24,667 bases of DNA, from positions 1-24,667 of the forward strand of contig JAOZPT010000039.1 in the NCBI GenBank assembly GCA_029932605.1, in the 5' to 3' direction. Shown here one piece after another: positions 1-8,587 of the stretch. The position numbers and the translations under genes were made by a program. Below the pieces are notes generated by a model. It worked only from the letters and a program-made list of their open reading frames with translations. It had not been told where the DNA came from and did no database searches. Origin of the DNA: Candidatus Zixiibacteriota bacterium (GTDB taxonomy: Bacteria > Zixibacteria > MSB-5A5 > UBA10806 > 4484-95). Each line of letters starts with the position of its first letter. Positions within the stretch are counted from its first letter, which is position 1.

Positions 1-1514
1 TAATTATAGGATGTGGTAATGATAATGTTGCAGATACAACCGTTAACCATCCTCCGAATATTCCCTCCAATCCTTTGCCACCAACTGGAGCGACCGATGT
101 GGAAACGAACCCCCAGCTTGCCTGGCAATGCTCGGATCAAGATGGAGACTCGTTAACTTATAACTTATATTTTGGAATAAGCCTTGATTTATTTTTACTG
201 GAATCTGGTTTAACGCAGGAGTACTACAACTCTGGCCAGCTTGAGGAACGAACCACTTATTACTGGAAAATAGTGGCAAAAGATATCCATAATGATACGA
301 CCGCTGGCCCGATATGGCATTTCAGCACTACCGGCAACCTACCACCAGCCATACCGTCAGATCCCAACCCTCCTGATGGAGCAGCCAACCAGGATACAAG
401 CATACAACTATCATGGTTATGCACAGACCCGGAAGAAGAAAATTTGACCTATGATATTTATTTCGGCATCGATTCGATTCCACCATTGCTGGACTCAAAT
501 CTCGTTTTCAACATTTACAATGCGAGCCATCTTCAGTATAGTACAACCTACTATTGGAAAATAATCGCCTACGATGGTCATCAGCACCAAACCGAGGGGC
601 CGCTCTGGAATTTTGAGACACGTCCCGAACCGGATAGTGTTATTCTTGTCGGAAGTTATGACACACCGGGATATGCCCATGGTGTTTTTGTCGATGATAG
701 TTATGCTTATATCGCCGACGGTGCTTTTGGACTTTGGATTATAAATATTTCAGATCCATATAACCCATCTTTCGAAGGAAATTATAACACACCAGGATTT
801 TCATCCGACGTTTTCGTCATTAATAATTATGCTTATATTGCAGATGGAACCTCAGGTCTGCAGATTATAAATATCTCAAATCCACAGGATCCATCTTACG
901 CGGGAAACTATGATACGCCAGGATATTCCCATGATGTTTTCGTTTATGATAATTATGCATATATTGCAGATGGTGACTCCGGATTGCAGATAATAGATGT
1001 CTATGACCCATCAAGTCCCCTTTTTGAGGGGGATTATGATACACCTGGTGATGCTCAGGGGGTTTTCGTCTCTGGTTATTATACCTATATTGCAGATGGA
1101 ACATCAGGACTTCAGATTATAGACATCTCAGATCCAGAAATTCCGTCTTATGTAGGAAGTTATGATACCCCCGGAGAAGCTCATGATGTATATGTCTTAG
1201 GAGATTATGCGTTTGTAGCTGATGGTTACACTGGTGGGCTTCAGATAATAAATGTACTCAGCCCCTCAAATCCTACCTTTGAAAATAGTTATAATACACC
1301 CGGAACTGCCTGGAGCATTTTTGTTTCAGGATTTTATGCTTATGTCGCTGATTTTGATGAGGGTCTTCAAATCCTGAATATCTATGAGCCAACGATACCC
1401 GAATTAGTGGCGAACTATATTACTGCTGGATATGCATATAGTGTTTTTACATTTAATGGTTACATCTATGCAGCCTGCCATGATGCTGGTCTTCAGGTTT
1501 TAATAGTTGAGTAA
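1..1514 (+). CDS. Lipoprotein with two Fn3/Ig-like repeats and a C-terminal 7-repeat LVIVD beta-propeller (5' end outside window)
   Basis: The frame of ORF 75..1514 is open back to the window edge and reads IIGCGNDNVADTTVNHPPNIPSNPLPP, a lipobox-like IIGC (Cys codon 12-14). Two related ~90 aa units (N-x-PP-x-IPS-x-P...L-x-W-x-C-x-D...LTY-x-x-YFG...TTYYWKI-x-A-x-D...GP-x-W-x-F) are followed by seven ~42 aa repeats (YDTPG...V..YAYIADG..GLQII.IS.P..P). Confidence 0.88.
   Translation, partial: IIGCGNDNVADTTVNHPPNIPSNPLPPTGATDVETNPQLAWQCSDQDGDSLTYNLYFGISLDLFLLESGLTQEYYNSGQLEERTTYYWKIVAKDIHNDTTAGPIWHFSTTGNLPPAIPSDPNPPDGAANQDTSIQLSWLCTDPEEENLTYDIYFGIDSIPPLLDSNLVFNIYNASHLQYSTTYYWKIIAYDGHQHQTEGPLWNFETRPEPDSVILVGSYDTPGYAHGVFVDDSYAYIADGAFGLWIINISDPYNPSFEGNYNTPGFSSDVFVINNYAYIADGTSGLQIINISNPQDPSYAGNYDTPGYSHDVFVYDNYAYIADGDSGLQIIDVYDPSSPLFEGDYDTPGDAQGVFVSGYYTYIADGTSGLQIIDISDPEIPSYVGSYDTPGEAHDVYVLGDYAFVADGYTGGLQIINVLSPSNPTFENSYNTPGTAWSIFVSGFYAYVADFDEGLQILNIYEPTIPELVANYITAGYAYSVFTFNGYIYAACHDAGLQVLIVE
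655..1511 (+). repeat. Intragenic ~126-bp tandem repeats encoding LVIVD blades
   Basis: TATATTGCAGATGG occurs at 834, 960 and 1086 (126-bp period); the other units are more diverged. Confidence 0.85.
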
Positions 1515-1560
1515 AACATATATATTTGTTTAATGAGCATTATTATCCTGTTAGTGAGTA

Positions 1561-1665
1561 AAAAGATTACCACCGATTAGAAGTCCGGACATCTCCCCCC
1601 AGGATGTCGCAAAGAACTTTATTAAGACAAAGTCTTTAAACTAACTAATCGGCGGTAACCTCTTT
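1561..1665. other. Structured intergenic inverted-repeat element (possible terminator or ncRNA) between convergent genes
   Basis: TTACCACCGATTAG (1567-1580) pairs with CTAATCGGCGGTAA (1645-1658) at 13/14 positions; the odd position is a G-U pair on the minus strand. It encloses hairpins GACATC/GATGTC (1588-1608) and AAGAC/GTCTT (1624-1636). Confidence 0.5.
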
Positions 1666-2377
1666 ATTTGTCAAGTATCATAGTTTGATTACATTCTTTA
1701 TGAAGATTCTCTACGAAATTTTTTAGTTTCTTATTAAGTTCAGTTCTTATTTCGCTGTGCTCTTTCTTGAATATCCCGATTTTCTTTCTAATTTCCTTTA
1801 ATAATCCTTCGATAGATGTTGCTCTATCAAAAAGCGATGGAATTTCACTATTAGAAAATGAGGACAGGTTCCCGGATTCATTATAGGTTACCATATTTGA
1901 TACTTTTTCTGTTTTATTAAAATCCTTTCTTCTACTTAGAAACCTTCTGAGCTTTTTTGTTGATTCATTTTGTTGTCCATAAATATCATTTAATAAGGTT
2001 TTTATTTCGGCTATTTCTTTCTCTATTCCATTTTGTACCTTTTTCATTCTTTCAATATCGCCCCCGATTAAAGCCTCTCTCAGCTTACAAGCTTCTTCTT
2101 TTTGTATTTTAAGAAAATTCTTCAAATATTGTTTGGCCTTTTTTTCGTTTTCTTCTTGGTCCAAGAGGATTCCGGTCATCATCTTGTTGAAATTATTCTT
2201 CATTATAGGTTCATTTGTTTTAAAGCTCATCATTGGTTTTTTCCTTTTAGAATCAACCATGATATGAGAGGTATTATCAATAATCGTTGTTATCTCGTCC
2301 ACACGTGCTTGGTAAGAAGCGATTAGATCTTGCATTGGATTTTTTGTTTGCTCAACCGTTCTCATTTTCGCTATCAA
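1664..2377 (-). CDS. Coiled-coil hypothetical protein downstream of gvpA; possible GvpC-like gas-vesicle accessory protein
   Basis: 237 aa K/E-rich, predicted helical; same strand and 80 bp downstream of gvpA, where gvpC normally lies. Start uncertain (TTG 2377 or ATG 2365). Confidence 0.55.
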   Translation of the reverse strand: MIAKMRTVEQTKNPMQDLIASYQARVDEITTIIDNTSHIMVDSKRKKPMMSFKTNEPIMKNNFNKMMTGILLDQEENEKKAKQYLKNFLKIQKEEACKLREALIGGDIERMKKVQNGIEKEIAEIKTLLNDIYGQQNESTKKLRRFLSRRKDFNKTEKVSNMVTYNESGNLSSFSNSEIPSLFDRATSIEGLLKEIRKKIGIFKKEHSEIRTELNKKLKNFVENLHKECNQTMILDK

Positions 2378-2457
2378 AATCTCTCTTCACACAAATTCCA
2401 CGAAAAACCCGTAAAATACTAGTAGGATATCCTCGCTTTTTATTTTTAGCTGTAGAC

Positions 2458-2670
2458 TCATGTTGCAAAAGGGGCAGGTGACAAGTTAACAGTCTTATCA
2501 TACTTCAAGAATGTCTCAATTCCTGTGCACACTACTCTTGCCTCAACAGCCAAAAGCTCAATTCCTACCAGAGACGCTTTTATCCAGGCATCGGTAGCTA
2601 TGCTTTTATCGATGATTCTATTAGCCAATTCCACCAGGCCATAGGCTCCAATGTCCTGTTCGATTGTCAT
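2458..2670 (-). CDS. gvpA: Gas vesicle structural protein GvpA family, divergent
   Basis: 70 aa; aligns ungapped to the canonical GvpA core ([46 protein letters not shown]) as [51 protein letters not shown] SD-like motif upstream. Confidence 0.9.
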   Translation of the reverse strand: [70 protein letters not shown]

Positions 2671-2791
2671 GTTTAACTGATTCCTTTTATTACTTTGAAC
2701 ATATAATCCCGTATAAACAGTTTAAATCCGTTTTCTTTTTTCAATAATTATCAAATATCCAATATTATTTTCATTTAAGTATTCGACAGGC

Positions 2792-2850
2792 ATTATAACA
2801 CCTTTATTCTGGTGTTTCATTTTGAAACAATGTTACAAAAAAATGAAACA
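2792..2850 (-). promoter_or_regulatory. Putative sigma70-type promoter of gvpA with overlapping palindromic operator
   Basis: Minus strand extended -10 TG-T-TATAAT (2800-2792), 17 bp from ATGAAA (2820-2815). Perfect inverted repeat TGTTTCA-TTT-TGAAACA (2813-2829) and a second site TGTTACA-N6-TGAAACA (2831-2850). Confidence 0.6.
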
Positions 2851-2930
2851 GTTTACGATGCTTCAGATATACGCTCTTTTGAATACAGGATATATTACGG
2901 AAAGCTTAAACCCAAATCAAATTCGTCTGT

Positions 2931-4496
2931 TTAGACTCCGGGTTTCGCAGGATCGATAGTGTTGGAATAAACGAGTCCTAATTCTTTTATAATACTTTTA
3001 TTTGCGAAGAAATCCGCAGTGGATAAATTACAGATAATATTTCCATCTTTCATTCCGACAATGCGATTACATGTAGCGGCGATAAAATCGAGGTCGTGGC
3101 TTATCGTTACTATGGTTTTATCCCGATACGAATTAATCAATTCAATAAGTTCATAGGTTGAGGTGGGATCCAAAGCGGCAGAGGGTTCATCAAGGATGAT
3201 GATTTCTGTTCCCATTGCCATGATGCCCGCTAATGCTGCTTTACGTTTTTCACCGCCAGAAATCGAAAAAGGATGCCTTCTTTTAATTGCTGTTATTTTA
3301 AAATTGGAAAGTTGCTCATCCACGATGCGATGGATGTTACTTTTTCCAAGGTTTTTCGGTCCAAAAGCGATATCATCAGCGATAGTCTCCTCAAACATCG
3401 CCCGTTCGGGAAATTGCATTGCCATTGTTATTCGGTTACGGTTACCCCTGTCAGAATGTCTGTTTGTATCCTTTCCATCCAAACGTACCTCTCCCCTATT
3501 CGGTCTTAAAAGACCGGCCATTATAAGCCCCAAAGTTGTCTTGCCTGAACCCGATGGGCCAACCAGGCCAACTTTTTGTCCACGATATAGCTTAAGGTCG
3601 ATATTATTTAAAACATCTTCGCCTTTATCGTAAGCAAAACATACATTATCAAATACTATCAAAACATCGTTATTATCAATTTCATTGCCCCGAGGTATAC
3701 ATCCTGTTTTTTCCTTCTGGATACTCAAAAACTTCTTTTCTCTGGATATTTTCAGATTGTTCTTATTTAATAATTCCGTATTTTCAAGTATTTCTGAAGG
3801 AGTTCCCTGAGCAACCAATCTGCACTTATTCAGAATAATTACACGGTCAGCTTTCCGTGCTGATAATGGATATTGGGATATCGATATTATTGTTTTGTGG
3901 TGGTGGTATTGATTGATGATATCATCAAGAGTTTTATGGATAGTTGAATCCAGATGAGAATCAGGTTCATCAAGGATGATAGTCAGGGGTTCGGTAATCA
4001 AGGCGGTCGCAATAGCAAGAGAAGTAGTCTGTCCACCGGATAAATCATCCGGTTTTTTATTGAAGGATTCCTTTAAACCGAACCTTTCGCCTATTTCCTC
4101 TATTTTCAATTTAATCTCTTCGTCACCAACACCTCTGTTTCTCAGAGGTAATGCTAGTTCCTCGCGGACTGTTGGCATTAAAAGCTGGAATTGGGGTTCT
4201 TGCAAAACTAATGCCGTATCTTGAAAAATATCGCGGCTGTATTCAACGATCTTTTCACCGTAATAATAAAGTTCACCTGTAAAAGAATCCGCTATACCAG
4301 CAAGTAGTTTACCAAGGCTTGATTTTCCCGAACCGTTAGCTCCGAGAACAACCAGATATTCATTTTCATAAATATCCAGAGTAAAATCCTTTAATGCCGT
4401 AATCTCCCTATATTTTGCCGAACCATCGAAACATGTGTAATTCAAGCAGATATTTTTAAGAGAATACAATAATTTCATAACCGAGAGCAGACTCAA
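2931..4496 (-). CDS. Energy-coupling factor (ECF/CbiO-type) transporter ATPase with two fused nucleotide-binding domains
   Basis: Two Walker A motifs (GANGSGKS, GPSGSGKT), Q-loops (LQEPQFQL, MQFPERAMFEETIADDIAFGPKN), signatures LSGGQ/ISGGE and Walker B ILDEP twice. The true start may be ATG 4478 (MKLLYSLKN). Confidence 0.9.
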   Translation of the reverse strand: MSLLSVMKLLYSLKNICLNYTCFDGSAKYREITALKDFTLDIYENEYLVVLGANGSGKSSLGKLLAGIADSFTGELYYYGEKIVEYSRDIFQDTALVLQEPQFQLLMPTVREELALPLRNRGVGDEEIKLKIEEIGERFGLKESFNKKPDDLSGGQTTSLAIATALITEPLTIILDEPDSHLDSTIHKTLDDIINQYHHHKTIISISQYPLSARKADRVIILNKCRLVAQGTPSEILENTELLNKNNLKISREKKFLSIQKEKTGCIPRGNEIDNNDVLIVFDNVCFAYDKGEDVLNNIDLKLYRGQKVGLVGPSGSGKTTLGLIMAGLLRPNRGEVRLDGKDTNRHSDRGNRNRITMAMQFPERAMFEETIADDIAFGPKNLGKSNIHRIVDEQLSNFKITAIKRRHPFSISGGEKRKAALAGIMAMGTEIIILDEPSAALDPTSTYELIELINSYRDKTIVTISHDLDFIAATCNRIVGMKDGNIICNLSTADFFANKSIIKELGLVYSNTIDPAKPGV

Positions 4497-4558
4497 TAAA
4501 CATTACATATAACATTATATGGATTATGTTCCAAGAAATAAAGTATCTTATACAATAT

Positions 4559-6025
4559 CTATTTGTAAACCTTACTTTTCCAACAAACATCCAGGTTCTT
4601 TGACGCTTTTGCCTCATCAAGCTTACCAACAGGTGTATTTGTGGGGGCAGAATTAACGATTTCCGGATTCTCCTTTGCCTCCCTGGCGATCTGTTTCATG
4701 ACGCTTATGAAATAATCAAGAGACTGTTTACTTTCGGATTCGGTAGGTTCAATCATCAGTGCCTCATGCACAATTAAGGGGAAATAAACAGTTGGTGCAT
4801 GTATGCCAAAATCTAAAATCCGCTTGGCGATGGCCGAAGTCTTGACGCCATGTTCAAGCTGTTTATCGCCAGACAAAACGAATTCATGCATACAGGGAGA
4901 ATCATAAGGTAATATATAGTCTTCCTTGAGGTTTTCTTTTAAATAATTAGCGTTGATTATAGCTGTCTTAGCGATATTTTTCAAACCCTCCGGGCCAAGT
5001 TGCCTGATAAATGCATAAGCCATTATAGCAATTGCCACGTTACCATAAAACCCGTGAACTTTACCAATTGAGTCCGGGCGGTTAAAATCGAGAAAATAAG
5101 TATATTTCTCGGTTTTCCCTGATTTTCTTGAGACAACTGGTATGGGCAGGAAAGGCTCGAGAAATGATTTGACACCCAGAGCTCCACCCCCTGGTCCTCC
5201 ACCTCCATGAGGAGTTGATAAAGTCTTATGCAGGTTGAAATGAACAATATCAAACCCCATATCGCCTGGCCTGACCAAGCCCAGAAGGGCATTCAAATTA
5301 GCTCCATCCATATATAAAAGCCCACCACTTTCATGTACTATCGTTGCAATCTTTTCTATATCGTTCTCGAATAATCCCAGGGTGTTGGGGTTGGTAAGCA
5401 TAAAGCCCGCCGTGTCTTTATCACAAACCGAAGCTAACTTCTCGGTGTCAACAAGGCCCTTGTTGTTAGATGGCAATTTCACCATATTATAACCTGCAAG
5501 CGCCACTGAAGCAGGATTAGTCCCATGGGCTGAATCAGGGATAATGATATTTTTACGATTTTGTTTTTTATGATATGCTTTCATCATCAGCAAAGCTGTA
5601 AACTCGCCCGAGGCTCCAGCCGCTGGTTGTAAAGTAATGCTATCCATACCGGAGATCGCTGCCAGGATGTTCTGCATATCATACATCAGCTCAAGCGTGC
5701 CCTGAACACAATCAGCAGGGCTATGAGGATGTGCCGACGAAAAACCAGGCAATGAGGCTATTACATCGTTAACCTTAGGATTATATTTCATGGTGCACGA
5801 CCCAAGAGGGTATATTCCTTTGTCTATATGATGGTTTTTCACCGATAGAGCGATAAAATGCCGGACTACTTCCGGTTCCGACAACTCGGGCAAATCCAGT
5901 TCGCTTTTACGCAGGCACGATGATGGTAGAATTGATTCGGCACCACCGTAATACTCGGGCAACTCTGGCAAAGAAAAACCTGTATGACCAGGCCTTGATA
6001 GTTCAATCAAAAGTTTATCATACAA
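4559..6025 (-). CDS. gcvPB: Glycine dehydrogenase (decarboxylating) P protein subunit 2
   Basis: YPLGSCTMKYNP, PDSAHGTNPAS, YMDGANLNA and PLP-lysine motif NLHKTLSTPHGGGGPG. Confidence 0.97.
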   Translation of the reverse strand: MYDKLLIELSRPGHTGFSLPELPEYYGGAESILPSSCLRKSELDLPELSEPEVVRHFIALSVKNHHIDKGIYPLGSCTMKYNPKVNDVIASLPGFSSAHPHSPADCVQGTLELMYDMQNILAAISGMDSITLQPAAGASGEFTALLMMKAYHKKQNRKNIIIPDSAHGTNPASVALAGYNMVKLPSNNKGLVDTEKLASVCDKDTAGFMLTNPNTLGLFENDIEKIATIVHESGGLLYMDGANLNALLGLVRPGDMGFDIVHFNLHKTLSTPHGGGGPGGGALGVKSFLEPFLPIPVVSRKSGKTEKYTYFLDFNRPDSIGKVHGFYGNVAIAIMAYAFIRQLGPEGLKNIAKTAIINANYLKENLKEDYILPYDSPCMHEFVLSGDKQLEHGVKTSAIAKRILDFGIHAPTVYFPLIVHEALMIEPTESESKQSLDYFISVMKQIAREAKENPEIVNSAPTNTPVGKLDEAKASKNLDVCWKSKVYK

Positions 6026-6030
6026 TTCTA

Positions 6031-6903
6031 TTACCCCTTTTTCATAACTTTGTTTAATTCATCAATATGTTGTTTCACCCAATCTACATATTTACCCTGG
6101 GGATAATCATCAAGATACTTTTTAAAATAGTTAAGGGCTTTATAGAAATCGCCATTTTGAACCATACAATACGGAATTATTCTTCGGGCATCCTCAACCC
6201 TTTCTGAATGAGGAAATCTTTTGATAAAATCGTTAAATGCCCTGATACTGGATTTATAATCTCCTTTTTCAGTAAATATATTGGCTATTTCAAACATTGC
6301 TTTTTCGACCTCATCCTGCTGGTTTTTATGACCGAGCTTGATAACGTTATTGTAATACTCAAGGGCTTTGTCCCAGCTGGCTCGATTTCGATATTTTTCA
6401 GCAACAATTAGATGATATTCGACTCTTTCAGGTTCATCCTCCAAGCGAGTCAGGTAGTCTTCGAGGGTCTCTTTACCAATAAGGTAAAGTTGAATCTCGT
6501 TGTAAAAATCGGTAGGTGGGTAATATTCAACAAGCCTATCGATCTCTGAACCATCAGGCTTTGTTACCACCACAGTGGGATAGTATACAATTCCAAATCG
6601 ATGAGCCAACGTTGAATCTTTTATAACATCTAACTTCACAAAAACCATCTTTTCCGACATTTCGATAACAATTTTATCACTGAACGTTGAATCGATAAGC
6701 ATCTTGCTCCAGGGGCATTTGCTGTTTAAAAATACAATTACCATTGGTTGGTTCTTATCGGTGGCGATCTTTTTAGCGGTATCTAAATCTGTTTTGAAAT
6801 CGATTTCAGTAGGGCTTTTCTTAGTTTTCCCGCATCCTGAAAGGATAAAAATGGAAATCGATAACCCTAAAATTAGTAGAAATAACTTATTCGTTTTCAT
6901 CAT
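6031..6903 (-). CDS. Lipoprotein with thioredoxin-like domain (CPWS) and C-terminal TPR repeats
   Basis: Signal peptide with lipobox LSGC; KCPWSK at the CxxC position; YYPT cis-Pro loop; TPR/BamD-like C-terminus (AMFEIANIF...FIKRFPHSE, YLDDYPQGKY). Confidence 0.8.
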   Translation of the reverse strand: MMKTNKLFLLILGLSISIFILSGCGKTKKSPTEIDFKTDLDTAKKIATDKNQPMVIVFLNSKCPWSKMLIDSTFSDKIVIEMSEKMVFVKLDVIKDSTLAHRFGIVYYPTVVVTKPDGSEIDRLVEYYPPTDFYNEIQLYLIGKETLEDYLTRLEDEPERVEYHLIVAEKYRNRASWDKALEYYNNVIKLGHKNQQDEVEKAMFEIANIFTEKGDYKSSIRAFNDFIKRFPHSERVEDARRIIPYCMVQNGDFYKALNYFKKYLDDYPQGKYVDWVKQHIDELNKVMKKG

Positions 6904-7252
6904 CAGGCTCCGAGTAATCTGGTAGTATCCTTTCAGCTATCAATTTTGCTTTTTCAAAAGCTGTCTGGGGGACATAAACCATGATGGTTTTTTCCCCATG
7001 CTCAATCGGTAACAACCCCTTTAATGAACCGTGTCGGGATTGAATCAAACATGGAATTCCTTCACTTTTCAACGCCTCTTCTAAAAACTCCACACTGAGC
7101 ATATCACCTGTTTTACAGAGCATTATTGGCTCGCTATCAAAATCGATTGATTCCTCCTTCCCGGGTAGAGTATCCACAAGTTCGCAGCCACAATCCGGAC
7201 ACCTGGTAATACCCGGGGGATATTCAACTCCACATTTTGGACAAAACGGCAT
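6887..7252 (-). CDS. Zinc-ribbon plus DUF2007-like putative signal transducing protein
   Basis: N-terminal MPFCPKCGVEY...CPDCGCELV; C-terminal LKSEGIPC...VYVPQTAFEKAK pattern; abuts the gcvPA stop and overlaps the next gene. Confidence 0.75.
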   Translation of the reverse strand: MPFCPKCGVEYPPGITRCPDCGCELVDTLPGKEESIDFDSEPIMLCKTGDMLSVEFLEEALKSEGIPCLIQSRHGSLKGLLPIEHGEKTIMVYVPQTAFEKAKLIAERILPDYSEPDDENE

Positions 7253-8587
7253 TTATTTAACTTTCGAAAGTCTGTATACAAGCTCATCTATTTGTTCATA
7301 GGTAATTTTCTCGGTAACAGCGATCATCATACATCCCTTAAGACCAATTTTGAATCTGCCAAGATCAACACCTGGAAGGATATTGAATTTACTAAGGTTA
7401 CTTATGATTTTTTTTGGCGATAATGGTGTCTGGACAACAAATTCCTTGAAAAACGGGGCTTTAAATTTCAGATTAAAACCGGGCAACTCGCAAATTTTAT
7501 CAGCCGTGTAATGTGCTTTTGCCAGACTCAACTCAGCTACACGCTTAATACCGGCTTTTCCCATTACCGCTAAATAAATTCCTGCTGCCAGAGCACACAA
7601 CTGTTGGTTAGTGCAGATATTGGATGTCGCCTTTTCCCGGCGGATATGTTGTTCCCTGGTCTGTAAAGTTAATACAAATCCCTGCCTGCCCTGCTCATCC
7701 GTAGTCCGGGCTACTAGACGACCTGGCATTTTGCGAACCAGATCATTTCTAGCTGAAAGTAACCCAAGGTATGGTCCACCAAAAGAAAGAGGTATCCCTA
7801 ACGGTTGTCCCTCAGCACAAGCGATGTCAGAACCATAATCAGCAGGTGATTTCAATATGCCAAGGGATATCGGATCATAGAAAACAACCAATAGTGCACC
7901 GTGTTTTTTAGTATCTCTAGCGATTTCATCGATATCCTCAATAAGCCCTAAGAAATTCGGATTCTGGATAATGAAAGCAGCGGTATTAGAACAAATCTTT
8001 GACCTATGATGATCAAAATCCACAAGGCCATCAAAAGAAGGAATAGTGATTAGTTTTATGTTGGTTCCTTTAAAGTATGTTTTGATAGTCTCAATATAAT
8101 AAGGATTAACCGTGGAGGAAATTATTATTTCTTCCCTATGCGTATGTCGTACCGCAAGAATTGCTGCCTCGGCCAGAGCGGAGGCTCCATCATACATCGA
8201 TGCATTTGTTATTGGAAGGCCGGTTAGATGGCTTATCATGGATTGGAATTCATAAGTTGTCTGAAGAGTTCCCTGGGAGACTTCAGCTTGGTATGGAGTG
8301 TAGGCGGTCCTAAACTCCGGACGCGAGATGATATGCTCAATAACAGCGGGAATAAAATGGTCATAAGCACCAGCACCAGCAAAACATGCATAATAATGTT
8401 TATTTTTTTCAGACAGTTTTGTTAAGTAAGCAACAAGTTCGGATTCAGGTAAAGGTCGAGGGATATTGAGTGGGTGACGGTATCTTAACGAGGCCGGTAT
8501 TGATTGTAAGAGCTCCTCGAAATCATGAACACCAATGCTTTCCAGCATCGATTTAAGTTCTAACTGTGTGTTGGGTATATAATTCAT
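7253..8587 (-). CDS. gcvPA: Glycine dehydrogenase (decarboxylating) P protein subunit 1
   Basis: TAYTPYQAEVSQGTLQ, NASMYDGASALAEA, LQTREQHIRREKATSNICTNQ. Confidence 0.97.
   Translation of the reverse strand: MNYIPNTQLELKSMLESIGVHDFEELLQSIPASLRYRHPLNIPRPLPESELVAYLTKLSEKNKHYYACFAGAGAYDHFIPAVIEHIISRPEFRTAYTPYQAEVSQGTLQTTYEFQSMISHLTGLPITNASMYDGASALAEAAILAVRHTHREEIIISSTVNPYYIETIKTYFKGTNIKLITIPSFDGLVDFDHHRSKICSNTAAFIIQNPNFLGLIEDIDEIARDTKKHGALLVVFYDPISLGILKSPADYGSDIACAEGQPLGIPLSFGGPYLGLLSARNDLVRKMPGRLVARTTDEQGRQGFVLTLQTREQHIRREKATSNICTNQQLCALAAGIYLAVMGKAGIKRVAELSLAKAHYTADKICELPGFNLKFKAPFFKEFVVQTPLSPKKIISNLSKFNILPGVDLGRFKIGLKGCMMIAVTEKITYEQIDELVYRLSKVK

Noticed and set aside
43..1104. Minus-strand ORFs 43..279, 495..680, 865..1104
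   Set aside because: Short shadows antisense to the LVIVD lipoprotein gene with no recognisable motifs.
655..1511. 126-bp repeats as a CRISPR array or DGR template/variable repeat
   Set aside because: They are in-frame protein repeats with no unique spacers, differences are not confined to adenines, and no cas or reverse transcriptase gene lies in the window.
2102..2481. Plus-strand ORFs 2102..2326 and 2287..2481
   Set aside because: Antisense to the gvp module, with no recognisable motif; the hydrophobicity of the first reflects the reverse complement of K/E-rich codons.
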